A stretch of DNA of 63,342 bases, filler included, from Basidiobolus ranarum (lineage: Eukaryota): assembly GCA_040143965.1 (NCBI GenBank). It is 48 parts of 48 records of this genome, joined end to end, with 100 filler letters (N's around TTAATTAATTAA, not from the genome) between each part and the next. Parts side by side here need not be neighbours in the genome. Positions count along the whole stretch, not along the records: positions 38,408 to 39,627 come from JASJQH010012822.1; positions 39,728 to 40,947 come from JASJQH010012823.1; positions 41,048 to 42,267 come from JASJQH010012824.1; positions 42,368 to 43,586 come from JASJQH010012825.1; positions 43,687 to 44,905 come from JASJQH010012826.1; positions 45,006 to 46,224 come from JASJQH010012827.1; positions 46,325 to 47,543 come from JASJQH010012828.1; positions 47,644 to 48,861 come from JASJQH010012829.1; 40 more parts are not named here. One strand, 5' to 3'. The position numbers and the translations under genes are program-made. This document shows, piece by piece, positions 38,408-50,021 of this stretch. The notes beneath the pieces were generated by a model. It had not been told where the DNA came from and ran no database searches. It saw only the letters and a list, made by a program, of their open reading frames with translations. The number at the start of each line of letters is the position of its first letter. Position 1 is the first letter of the stretch.

Positions 38408-39627
38408 ATTTGCATTGAACAAAACATCCCTGGACTTGATTAACTTGGAAATTTTGGTATCAAAGAGTCTGTAGGCCTTAGTTTGAGTACGATAATCCAG
38501 AAGTATGCATTTCTTACTTTTTGGATGAAATTTAGACCAATTTTTGGTCACAATTTTGACATAAACAATACTTCCAAAGATCCTCAAATGTTTTACCTCA
38601 GGTTTACTCCAAAACAAGTTTGATATGGTGTCAAGTTAGACAGACTTCTAGTAAAAATCCTATTCTTCAGATATAGAGCTGTAGTAACAAATTACACCCA
38701 AAATTTGTGAGATAAGTTTTGAGCATTTATCATAGATCTTACCATTTATACTAGAGTCCTGATAGCTCTTTTGGCAAGTTTACTTTGTTGATGTGAATAG
38801 GGGGCAGTGGTTTCTTGATTAATTTGATGAATTTTGCAAAAGTGCTTAAATAGTGTTCAAGTATATTATCCACTATTATCAGTATGTATTTTCTTGATAT
38901 AAGTTCCAGTTTCAGTCTCGACCAGTGTTTTAAAACCTCTAAAGATAGAGCAAGCTTCTTGGTTTCTTTCCATAAAGTAGACCCAGGTGTATCTTGTATA
39001 ATCATCCATAAATGTGATTAAATATTTATAGTTTCTTACTTGGTATAACTACTATTTACACATAAATCTCTTGGATTGTATGTTAGTTTGTAAAAGTTCT
39101 GATCCATTTTTCCCAAAGCTAAATAATTCCCATTTAGATCAGTGATGGTGCATCCTGACTTGTCAAAATTGAATTTTAGCCCTTCTTAGATGGCCTTGCA
39201 TACAAATATTAAATTCTTGGCAATATCTTGAACATGTAGTATATCCTTAAAATTATATACTTTTTCTTCAGAAGCTCCAGGTAAATTGACTTGAATTGTT
39301 CCCATTCCAATAGCATACAATGTGTGGTCATCTCCCATGAAAACCTTTCTAAATGGGTTTTCTTCAAAATCCATAAACCAATGTTTCTCAATTGTGAAAT
39401 GTTAAGAAGCTCCAGAATTAATATACCACATCTGACAATACTTGTTGGTAGTCATAGATAGAGCAGAAATGAACAGGTGATCTTCTGCAGTAATCAAATT
39501 TCCAGATTCAGTATGTTTTTCTTCTTTTACAATTCTTTTAAAGCAATCTTTGCTTGAATGGCCAGTTCTTCAACAATAATCACAGAATGTGTTACTTTCC
39601 TTCTTAAAGTGTTTTTGACCTTTATAG
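38408..39627 (-). mobile_element. Copia-A protease-integrase, degenerate with internal deletion
   Basis: Paralog of 9600-10521; KPEVKHLRIFGS...KAYRL. Confidence 0.9.
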
Positions 39628-39727
39628 NNNNNNNNNNNNNNNNNNNNNNNNNNNNNNNNNNNNNNNNNNNNTTAATTAATTAANNNNNNNNNNNNNNNNN
39701 NNNNNNNNNNNNNNNNNNNNNNNNNNN

Positions 39728-40656
39728 TGATTGGCAACTGTTGCCTGCCACAGACCTGGTACAAGTGGAAAACACTTTTCAATCAAATGACCTATGATCC
39801 TTCAGTAGTTAAACTACCTTCATGTCCAAATGGTTGTTTGGCATTCACTGGTGATCTGAAAAACCTGAAGTCATGTACTGTTTGCACATAATTGGCAACA
39901 CTGAATTAGGTAAATATCATTCATATTTGGCTTTCATACCAATGATTTGCCATGTTAAAGTTTTGATGAAATCACCAAAATATAGATCATTGATCCAATA
40001 CCAAAGTACTCACCATAAAGTTGATGGTATTACCAATATACTTGATGGATATCACTACCAGAATGTGAAAAGTCAAGGTTTCTTTGAGAACATGTATGAT
40101 CATGCATTTGCATTGGCTCTGGATGGTTTCTCACCAAACAAATATTTCATTGGAAAGGCTTGCTGGCCAATAATATTGATCAACTTTAATGATCCTCCTT
40201 CTGAATGGTGTAAGAGTCATAATATTTTGATACTATCCATCATATCTATACCTAAATCACCAGTGCTTATAGATAGCTTCATGGTGCCTTTGATTGTGGA
40301 ATTTGAATGGTTATCTAATGGTGTTCAGATGGGTGAGTATTTTATAAATTCTAATTTCATTGTATGTATTGGTGACACTCCTGCCATCAGTAAACATAGA
40401 GATTTTTGCAGGCACAATGCACTATCATGCTGAGATTTTGTCAAATCAATGGAGTTTACTCTATCTGGCATATGTATTACTACTATCCAAATACAACAAT
40501 AAGCTCCATGATTTTACCATCAAGAGCCCAGTCAGATTTCAACATAATCACTGATATCAAATCACCAAATAGTCAGTCTAACATCAAACTTGGTACTAGC
40601 TATTAACCTAAGATTATATTACTAAAGGGGATCAGCTGGAGCCAGAGCCTCCCATC
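39728..40656 (+). pseudogene. CMC transposase core, followed by an LTR-C insertion (about 40657-40947)
   Basis: ALALDGFS...CWPIILINFNDPP...DSFMVPLIVEFEWL...IGDTPAISK. Confidence 0.9.
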
Positions 40657-41047
40657 CATTGGGCAAATAAGGGCTGTTTGGAGGAACTTTAGAAAAGTGG
40701 AGTTTTAAATACCTTAGTGAGATAATTGTTTATTGTTTGGAAATAAAGTATCTATACATTTTGGTGGAAATACAGAAAAATAACACTGGGGTTTTGTTCA
40801 GAACATATGTGGGATTAAAATGAGCTATCTTTGGGGCAATTTGGACAAGTTTGAAATTTCCAATATGGAATTGCTAATTCTTATATTATTCACATACTTA
40901 TATAGTATATGTTCCAATTTGCAGTTTATTGCTATTTGACTAAGAATNNNNNNNNNNNNNNNNNNNNNNNNNNNNNNNNNNNNNNNNNNNNTTAATTAAT
41001 TAANNNNNNNNNNNNNNNNNNNNNNNNNNNNNNNNNNNNNNNNNNNN

Positions 41048-41214
41048 TAGGTTTCATGGAATGTTCCAAAGAACATGACTTCCATATAAGGTAATCTGGA
41101 TGAACTGCCACCAGATTGCCAAGAAGGGATGGCACAGTAGATATGATGTCATAATCTACTAATAGAAGAGTTCTATTTGCAGTGGATCAGTATGCCATGA
41201 TCAGAATCATGACA
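41048..41214 (-). repeat. LTR-E fragment (second copy at 60523-60712)
   Basis: Reverse complement of the TGTCATGATTCTGATC... sequence at 60523. Confidence 0.75.
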
Positions 41215-41499
41215 TCAGATGTGTAGATGTTACAAACTTGCACTGGAAGCCCCATATTTGCACATATGTTCCTGGGACCATCCTTAATATAATATACTTG
41301 CTAGTTTATATTTATATTGATAAACTACAAATCTCAGCTTTCTACTCAACACATCAATAAGTGAAAACCACAAATTCCTCTAATTCTCCAAATCACTTCC
41401 AACAGGCTGCCAAATATTGTACCAAAAAGCTTCATATATTTAAGAAGTAGACATTTAAAAGAGTGCCAGTTTGAGGCTAATGACCTGTTAAGTGATAAA

Positions 41500-42267
41500 T
41501 TTGTAAAATTTAAGTTACATTTTTTGTACCTCTGTTGACTCATAATTATCTAACATTGTAGCCAATCATGTGCACCTCTTTTGCAAGATCTTGTAGCTTC
41601 ACTCCTGCACCTGAAAAACCAAGTAGAATCAAATGTAACTTGACAATTTCATGATGGTAAGTTAATAGTCAGTCTAAAATGGATTAAAATTTTAATGATT
41701 TTCTTACAATAACAAACCTCAAATTTTTGTTAGGGATTTTCAAGGGCATTGAAGCCTATAAGTTCTGTTGTCAGGTAACAGGATATTATATAACAGAAAG
41801 CAGGCAACTGCATTGTGGTCTATCCTGAAAGTATTACAGTTATAGTTGCTGCCTACCCTAACAGCAATTTGAGGATTGTTATTGCAGGAAACCTGCACAA
41901 TTTTAATCCATTTGGGATTAACTGTTTACTTACTGTCATAAATTCATCAAGTTAGATTTAATTTCAATCCATTTTTTCAGTTTTAGGAGTGAAATTTGAA
42001 GATCTTGCAAAATAGCTGTGTATGATTGGCTACAATCTCAGGGAACTATGGTCAACCCATGTGCAAAAAACGTAACTCAAATTTTTGCACAATCACCACT
42101 TGAATGCTCATTTATCACCTTTGAAATCTCTCGTCTCTTTGATATATTCCTTGTCAGACCCAAGGTTTAGCTCACACCAAACATGAGTTTGTTTCAATAT
42201 CTCCACCAAAGCTCACAATTATATTAACATTGCTGCATCAACATTATTCAAGCTATCTGGCAGATAC
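41500..42267. mobile_element. Two CMC ORF2-side ends facing each other (termini at 41735 and 41856)
   Basis: TTTGTTAGGG at 41735 and CCCTAACAGCAATTTGAGG at 41856, 120 bp apart. Confidence 0.85.
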
Positions 42268-42367
42268 NNNNNNNNNNNNNNNNNNNNNNNNNNNNNNNNN
42301 NNNNNNNNNNNTTAATTAATTAANNNNNNNNNNNNNNNNNNNNNNNNNNNNNNNNNNNNNNNNNNNN

Positions 42368-43586
42368 ACTATTTTGCAAAATCTTGAAATTTCACTCCTG
42401 AAACTGAAAAAATTGACTCAAATCTAATCTAACTTGATGATTTTATGATGGTAAGTACATGGTCAATCCCAAATGGATTAAAATTGTGATTGCTTTCCTA
42501 TAATAACAATCCTCAAATTTCTGTTAGGGCTCAGTGATTACCAATTGTGTGCAAAAAGTGCATGACTTCAGGTCTTTCACATCACAGGTGAAAGCCAAAC
42601 AACTATTAGGACATGATGATAGCTTAATTACTGAAGGATTATAAGGCATACAATTGACAAGTGTTTTTCACTTGTACCAGGTCTGTGGCAAGCAACAGTT
42701 GCCATTCAACTGTGGTAAAAGTATAAGAAAACTAATAACCACCTGGTTGCTAAGATTGGATTGCACTCTCCACTCCTCAATAATCAAAGCTGCTTCCTTT
42801 AAAGTAAGTGCTATCAGTGGACTAATGCTTGGCAATAACAAAGAGTCTGTAACAAAACCCATGTCTTCTTCTTCAACTTCTGATATACTACCATTAATAC
42901 TTGATATACCAAGGTTAAAATATAACTTCAAGTCCTCAAAGCTGTCTGAACTTACTGGTTTGACCAAAGTTACATTTATACATACATCATACTGGTCATA
43001 TAGCTGCAGTAACTCCATGGTATCTTGACATTTGGCAGTGTTATCAAAACTTTGAGGCAAAGCACAGCCAGTAGACTCAGTGATCAAAACTAAGATTGAT
43101 TCTGTGCCCTTATTGCTGTTGATATTCACCAGGCTATGTGCAGCTGGTGGCTTTATACAGTGACTGTGCTTGTGATTATTTTTCTATGAAGCCTCTGGCT
43201 TTTGTAGCACAGTAATTTTGACAATAATAGCAGGGCTTCTTTAAATGTTTGTGTTGCAGCATGAGAAGGATATAATAGGAAAAAGAACACCCCCTATGTA
43301 AGTATTTATTTTAGATAAACCATTGATATCATCTGCTAATTCTGAGATAGTGTCACAGATGAGCCATCAGGGGATTTACAAGATTTTCCCAGTAATGGAT
43401 GGCAAATTTGAGTTATTATAAGCTGTTTCTAAGCAATTTCATTACACCAAGTTTGGCATCTGAATATTCCAATGCCATTCAAAAGCATTGAAAGTCAAAA
43501 TCAAAATTGGCTTAAAAGCAAAAGCCTGATGGAACAAAAGAAAAAACCAGCAAGAACAGAGGATTTAATTGATGAGCAGTCAAGCA
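42368..43586. mobile_element. CMC ORF2-side end (terminus 42529) inserted into a minus-strand transposase N-terminus
   Basis: CTGTTAGGG at 42529; ORF 42668-43129 matches 58791-59267. Confidence 0.88.
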
Positions 43587-43728
43587 NNNNNNNNNNNNNN
43601 NNNNNNNNNNNNNNNNNNNNNNNNNNNNNNTTAATTAATTAANNNNNNNNNNNNNNNNNNNNNNNNNNNNNNNNNNNNNNNNNNNNCTAAGTATTGTTAA
43701 CTAACTTTTATATGATATATGAAATAGT

Positions 43729-44010
43729 TATTGAAATTATTTAGGGAGAAATATTGGTCTGGCCTGGATTTGCACCTGAGACGTCCTTCACTCTAGCAAG
43801 GTGCTCTAACCACTGAGCTACTAGTCCTTGTATGCTATGCCTATATTGCTAGGGAACTTTGACCTAGTCGCTTAATTTATGGTATTTTGGCATTTCAGCT
43901 ATACAAGCAACTGATTGGCATCAGACTTTGTGTTCAGATGCAGTCACCATACTTCATATTTTCCTCTTTGGGAATTACTGCTTGTATCACAAGTCACCAG
44001 ACTTTCAACA
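43729..44010 (-). mobile_element. 282-bp solo LTR-like element with 5-bp TSD ATAGT, inserted in LTR-C and containing a tRNA-like sequence
   Basis: TATTGAAA...TTTCAACA flanked by ATAGT at 43724-43728 and 44011-44015; empty site GAAATAGTTAGGTGT at about 27116; second copy starts at 47424. Confidence 0.87.
43755..43827 (-). tRNA. Degenerate tRNA-like cloverleaf (pseudo-tRNA, isotype unresolved)
   Basis: GGACTAG-TA-GCTC AGTGGTTA GAGC-A-CCTTG CTAGAGT GAAGG-ACGTC-TCAGG TGCAAAT CCAGG-CCAGACC-A; canonical spacing, perfect D stem, several stem mismatches. Confidence 0.75.
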
Positions 44011-44118
44011 ATAGTTAGGTGTAGAAAGATAGAGATAACAAATATGATAAAGATAATAAACTTCAACACTCCTACTCAACTAAATGTTCTTGTATATTGA
44101 TCCTAACTTAAATCTTGA

Positions 44119-44905
44119 TTATTCAAATTTTGGCTTAAGTAATGGTTTGGTAAGGATGTCAGCAAGCATGTCCTCTGTTGGAGAGTACTGCAGTTGGACA
44201 TGCTTATTCTCAATAGCTTCCCTAACAAAGTGATGTTGAATGTCAATGTGCTTACTTCTAGCATGAAATTTGGGATTTTTTGCTAAAGAAATACAACTTT
44301 TATTATCCTTGAAAATTATGGTGGGTGAACTTTGAGAAATGTCCAAGTCTTTAAACAGTTCCATTAACCATATAGCCTTCTTTGTTGTATGTGTTGCTGC
44401 CATGTACTCTGCTTCAGTTGTTGAAAGTGTTCTGGTAGGTTGTTTCTTTCTATTCCAAGATATGTCTGCTTAACTATAGAGAAAGGCACATCCAGTGATA
44501 GATCTTCTGTCCTCAATATTACATCCCCAATCTGCATCACTAAACCCAATTGGATCCTTAGTCTCATAAGAATATGTGTATTTTAATCCCAGATCAATTG
44601 TCCCCTTCAAATATCTGAAAATCAACTTAACTGCTACATAATGCTCAGATCCTGGGTTTTTCACATGTTGGCTTACTACTCCTACTACAAAAGAGATATT
44701 GGACTGGGTTCCAGTCATAGCATAGATCAAGCTACCTGCCATAGATTGATAAGGGAACTCATGGCTTTCAAATGACATATTTTGAGCCATATTTAGGTGT
44801 TTTTCATCATTTCTGATGGGATTTTTGACTAGTTTCACACCTGGATCCATGGGAGTTGCTACTGGCTTATGATTCTGCATTCTGTAAATCTGAGAGTATC
44901 TGAGA
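44119..44905 (-). mobile_element. Copia family C RT-RNase H
   Basis: YQSMAGSLIY, GFSDADW...RRSITG, SKHIDIQHHFVRE. Confidence 0.95.
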
Positions 44906-45005
44906 NNNNNNNNNNNNNNNNNNNNNNNNNNNNNNNNNNNNNNNNNNNNTTAATTAATTAANNNNNNNNNNNNNNNNNNNNNNNNNNNNNNNNNNNNNNN
45001 NNNNN

Positions 45006-45072
45006 TAGCATGGCCCCTGCACAAGGATGACACGTAAATCTTGAGTGGACACCTCTTCGGAGGAAATTTTTT
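45006..45072 (+). ncRNA. U6: U6 snRNA, 3' half (5' part cut by the contig edge)
   Basis: TAGCATGGCCCCTGCACAAGGATGACAC is the conserved AGC triad and internal stem-loop; ends in a T6 Pol III terminator at 45067-45072. Confidence 0.92.
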
Positions 45073-45914
45073 CTTTAATTCCATCATGGTCTTGGACTGT
45101 GAGCCGCATGTCTCTGACAACATAATTTTACTTTCTCTTCGAAGAATTGTTATATATGTAGACTTCTATAATGAAAAAATGGATTTTTACCCTGCTCCAT
45201 GGCAGGTGATGAGTATGGGCAATACCTTCAAGCAGAGCTTACGGACTTACAAACAAAGCACAATGTGATCGGTGTTTCATAGCAATTACTGGATCATACA
45301 CATTCTCTTTATACCATTTGCGGAGTAAGTAGTACTCAGTAGAATTGACACAAATAGTAATTTGTAGATCAATGAGAGTTGCCAAAAATCCACAATGATC
45401 TACACGTCTAAAACTTGTGAACATGCTGAATGAGATAAATTGAAATAATAATTTAAAATTTGTTCCATCCATGGACTTGTTCTCTGTGATAGTGCCAGAT
45501 TGTGCTGTATATATCATATTGGATAAAGTATTCTAAAATTTATGCGGCACAATTTGGCACTATCCATCACCCTCTACCATGATCAATTTCAATCACATTT
45601 ACTCTAATATATTGATCCAAGGTCCGATAAATCCTGGCACAATGGAACAAGTCCCATGTTCTAGCGATATTGTAAATTAAACTTTAGCCCTTAGTAAGGA
45701 GAGAGGGGTTTAAGGGGGAGGGGAATTATTTCACTTCCTACATATGAATATGTAGCCACATTGAACTGATGTATGTTACGTGGCTCAATAACTACTTCAA
45801 CACACATGATGTGAAATATTGACAAAAACTATATAAACTCATGTTTCTGCTTTTACATTCTTACAGTACAGTACAGTTCTACTTCTAGATATTTTAAACA
45901 TTTTATATTCAATC

Positions 45915-46224
45915 ATGAAGTTCTCCGCTCCATCTCTTTTGTTCTTCGTTTCTGCTGCTTGTACCGTAAGTGCTAGTAGTTCAGGATACAGTGGTGCTGG
46001 TGGTAACGGAGTCGGAGCTTATGATACCAGTGACCGCGCTGGAAACGGAGGAGGAAGCGGTGGTAATGGCGGAGGAACATATGGCCCTGGTAGTGGAGCT
46101 GGAGGAAATGGTGGTGGCTCAGGTGGCAACGGAGGAGGAAGTGGTGGTAATGGCGGAGGTGCTGGAGCATATGGCACTGGGAGTGGCTCAGGTGGAAATG
46201 GAGGAGGAAGTGGAGGTAATGGTG
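45915..46224 (+). CDS. Secreted Gly/Asn/Ser-rich repeat protein, 5' part
   Basis: Signal-like MKFSAPSLLFFVSAACTVSA, GGNGGGSGGNGG repeats; TATATAAA at 45830. Confidence 0.85.
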
Positions 46225-46324
46225 NNNNNNNNNNNNNNNNNNNNNNNNNNNNNNNNNNNNNNNNNNNNTTAATTAATTAANNNNNNNNNNNNNNNNNNNN
46301 NNNNNNNNNNNNNNNNNNNNNNNN

Positions 46325-47175
46325 CTTATAACAGAATTCTGCCTAAGCATATACATCATCATTGGAAGTGTTCCACCAGTTCTGTGGCTTATTTCTCCTT
46401 CTGGATGATCTTCTGAGTCCTGATTCTACCTTTAATGTATTTGGGACTTCATTTTGGTTGAACAGGGCTCAGATACAACTGGAACCTCATCAGACACTTC
46501 CTGAATAGTGTTGATTCTGTTTTCTGGATCCAGCGCTGTGATTTGAGATGGAAAATATGCTTTTTTGTCAAAAATAACATTTGTGCACTTGATTAATTTT
46601 TGTTGTTTGTTATCAAAAAGTCTGTAAGTCTTATATCCATCAGGGTAACCAAGAAATATGCATTGTCTGCTTTGGAGTTCCAATTGAGAGCCTTTCTTGA
46701 GCTGGATTTAAGCAACATGCTGTGCAATCAAAGATCCTGATATGATCTACACTTGTTTATGGGCCATATATGGCTTCAAATGGAGTAGAATTTTGTAGCA
46801 ATTTTGTTAGGCATCTGTTGTTGATATGGACCAAAGTGGAGACAGATTTAGCCCAATATTGGTAATCTAACCTTGGATTATGTCACATTGATCTTGCCAT
46901 CTCTAATATGGCCCTGTCAGCACATTCTGCAACTCAATTTTGCTGTGGACTAAAAGGCACAGTAGTTTGTTGCTTGATTCCAGATTTAGAACAAAAACTA
47001 GTAAAGTCTTTAGAGTAATTTTCTGCTCCATTAGCAAACCATAGTACCCTTAGTTTTTGTGCTGATTCTTCCTGTACCATTGATTTGTAGTGCTTAAGTG
47101 TAGCTAAGGCGTAAGGTTTTTATTTGAGACAGAATACCCAAGTATATCTTGTTTTGTCATCAATAAAGGTCATAA
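46325..47175 (-). mobile_element. Ty1/Copia integrase core and SH3-like region
   Basis: FMTFIDDKTRYTWV, PFSPQQN, CIFLGYPDGYKTYRL. Confidence 0.9.
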
Positions 47176-47353
47176 AGCCTGGGTGAAAATTTGAGGTGAT
47201 TTGGAGAAGTTTTGAGAAAATAGTGAAAATTGGTAAAGTGATCTGATTGATACTTCTATCAATTAGCGCAATAAACACAAATTTTTGAATGGCAGAGATT
47301 AGTGCTAAATAATCAGAATAGAAACAATCTAACTACTAAATAATGAGTTGCTA
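47176..47353. mobile_element. PIF/Harbinger-like element end (TAA|AGCCTGGGTGAAAA)
   Basis: Reverse complement of 33877-34054; interrupts Copia integrase. Confidence 0.62.
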
Positions 47354-47423
47354 TTAATCTAATTCCAACAACTTGCACATGATTGATTTCCTATCAGGGG
47401 CACTATTTTTGCTACCAGTTAAA

Positions 47424-47543
47424 TGTTGATAGACCCGTGACTTGTGGTACAAACAGTAATTCCCAAAGAGGAAAATATGGAGTATGGTGACTGTATCTGA
47501 ACACAAAGTCTAAGGCCAATCAGTTGCGTGTATAGCTGAACTG
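47424..47543 (+). mobile_element. Second, truncated copy of the tRNA-bearing LTR
   Basis: TGTTGATAGACCCGTGACTTGTGGTAC... matches the reverse complement of about 43895-44010; cut before the tRNA part. Confidence 0.85.
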
Positions 47544-48039
47544 NNNNNNNNNNNNNNNNNNNNNNNNNNNNNNNNNNNNNNNNNNNNTTAATTAATTAAN
47601 NNNNNNNNNNNNNNNNNNNNNNNNNNNNNNNNNNNNNNNNNNNATTATATGATATTATGGAATCAAGCAGTTATACAAGTGGTGAAACATTAGGCAGCTC
47701 TGGAAATGCACCAATTTATACCAGAAAACCTGATAATTACTCTGAGGATACTGAAAATATGGAACCAGCTTCTGGAATTCAGCACATTATCTCTGGCTAT
47801 GAATAATGGTAATCAGAAAAAGGATGTATTTCCAGCCAATCAGGAATCACAAAATTGGGCTCAGAAACAATGCAAAAATTTTCTGACCAATCACATACCT
47901 AAGAAATATCCTACTCTCAACTTGGCTAATATTGGATGCAATCAAATATTGGAAGTATTCAATCAAGCACAACAAATATTCATTAATCACAAAATTTAGG
48001 CAATCAGGTATCAGAAATCCTACCAAGTGGAGTAATCCT

Positions 48040-48679
48040 AGCCATTGAACAAATGGATGTCAAGACAGCATTTCTTAATGGAGATATTAATGAAGAAATA
48101 TATATGGATCAACCAGAGTGATATATTGCAAAAGGAAAAGAACATCAACTATGCAAACTACAGAGAAGTCTATGTGGGCTGAAACAGGCTCCTTGAGCAT
48201 GGAGTACCAAAATCAATCAGATCTTCTTGAAACATTTTTTCCATTGTAGCAAAGCTGATCACTTCATATATTTCAAGACTATCAAAGCCACCAAAGTGAA
48301 CATTGCTCTCTGTGTTGATGGTAACATAAAAGTTAGTAATTGCTCAAATCTGATGAAACAAACTAAGACCTGGCTATCTACCAAGTTTGAAATGCAAGAT
48401 CTTGGATCACTAGAACTTTGTCTTGGAATGTAGATACATCAAAATTCCCCTATTGATACACTCTTTATTATGCAAGAAAAATAAATTGGAGATGATTTAA
48501 ACAGATTGAATAAGTTAGAATGTGAGACAGCTTCAAAAACACTATGTATGCTAAAACTCACTAAGGATATGGAACCAACAATCTCTGAGGATGTTGAGAA
48601 CACAAAACATGTTCCTTATAGTAGTGCAGTTGGAAATCTCATATATGCAACAACTTGTACTAGGACTAATATCGCTACA
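48040..48679 (+). mobile_element. Ty1/Copia RT, degenerate (further family)
   Basis: QMDVKTAFLNG...IYMDQP, KFEMQDLG. Confidence 0.88.
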
Positions 48680-48861
48680 CCCTAACAAAAATAAAATCGA
48701 TTTGATCCGGATCGGATCCACCCTCCGAAATAGCAAAACCGTCAGAGAACCGTCACATTATCATTGGCTTGCATTCTGCCAGGGATTTTGATGATGTGAC
48801 GGCGGTTTCTTGACGGTACCTTGGCGGTATTCATACATGTCAAAAACTTGATCCTCAAATT
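48680..48861. mobile_element. CMC transposase-side end, least decayed copy
   Basis: CCCTAACAAAAATAAAATCGATTTGATCCGGATCGGATCC with CpGs intact. Confidence 0.92.
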
Positions 48862-49179
48862 NNNNNNNNNNNNNNNNNNNNNNNNNNNNNNNNNNNNNNN
48901 NNNNNTTAATTAATTAANNNNNNNNNNNNNNNNNNNNNNNNNNNNNNNNNNNNNNNNNNNNTTAGGGTACGGTCAAAGGTTACAGTTATCCAATCCAGTC
49001 GAGGTATTCAACACTCCTGTATGGTATTTCGCATCATCTTAGATTGCACTTCAGTTGCCTCAAATATTTAACGCTTTGTCAAATCTTCATCTAATATTAA
49101 GTACTATCGGCCTGATCCATGCTGCATACTGTATTGGATCTCAATTCTCACTCGGGAGTAACCAAATCTTTTGATTGGA

Positions 49180-50021
49180 GTTTACTTAAAATATTTTTAC
49201 CAACTGAGAAGGTCTCAGATATATAGATTTTTTGAAGTCCCAGATTTTGCACACGTGCTCCTGGGACCTTCCTTGACATATTCTACATTCTTATTTATTT
49301 ACACCTTGATAAAACTATAAATGTCAACTTTTAACTCAACAAATCAATAAGTGAAAACCACCAATTCTTCTAGTTTGTCAAACCACCTACAACAAACTCC
49401 CAAAATACTAACAATAGACAACAAGAATTTTGAGGTTATTAGCTAATCTTGCATGAAAGACAGCCTCTGAAGTAGCCTCTTCAACTCAAACCCTAATCCT
49501 CTATAAGATGTCATCAAGCAATATTAAGATCAAACAATATCAGGAGACTTGCATAGAGCAGTCACTTGGTACAAAATGAAAATCAGAATCAATAAGATAC
49601 AAAACCAATTCCAAGTCCAAGTTAATTTCTCCCAAAATCAAGTGGAAGATATAAAATATATATGAAATAACTTTTGAGGTATTTTTGGTGCCTATTGGAA
49701 GTGGTTGGGAGAACTAGAGAAATTGTTGGTCTTCACTTATCGATTTATTGAGTATTCAGTTGACTTTTATAGTTTTGTCAGGATGTAAACAAACTAATGT
49801 GTAGAATATGTTAAGGAAGGTCTCAGGAGCACGTGTTCAGAGTTTGGAGCTTCTAGCACAAGTTATCAAAATCTATATATCTGAGAACTTCTAAGTTGGT
49901 AAAAAATATTCCAAGTAAATTCCGATTACAAACAATGGGTGATATCTTAGTGAAATGTAAAGTGACTAAATACTAAGCTATATATGACTATATAGATGTT
50001 TAGGCAACGCTAATTTTAACA
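49180..50021. repeat. Two LTR-A-related copies in opposite orientation (about 49180-49415 plus, 49665-50021 minus)
   Basis: Both match 14774-15119. Confidence 0.75.

Noticed and set aside
43755-43827. Functional tRNA-Ser(AGA) or a recoding tRNA
   Set aside because: Two acceptor mismatches, a TGC T-loop, no long variable arm and an LTR location; kept only as a pseudo-tRNA.
48591-48791. Recurrent peptide NKNKIDLIRIGSTL (also antisense ORFs 31932-32279 and 57540-57737)
   Set aside because: Chance translation of the non-coding CMC terminus.
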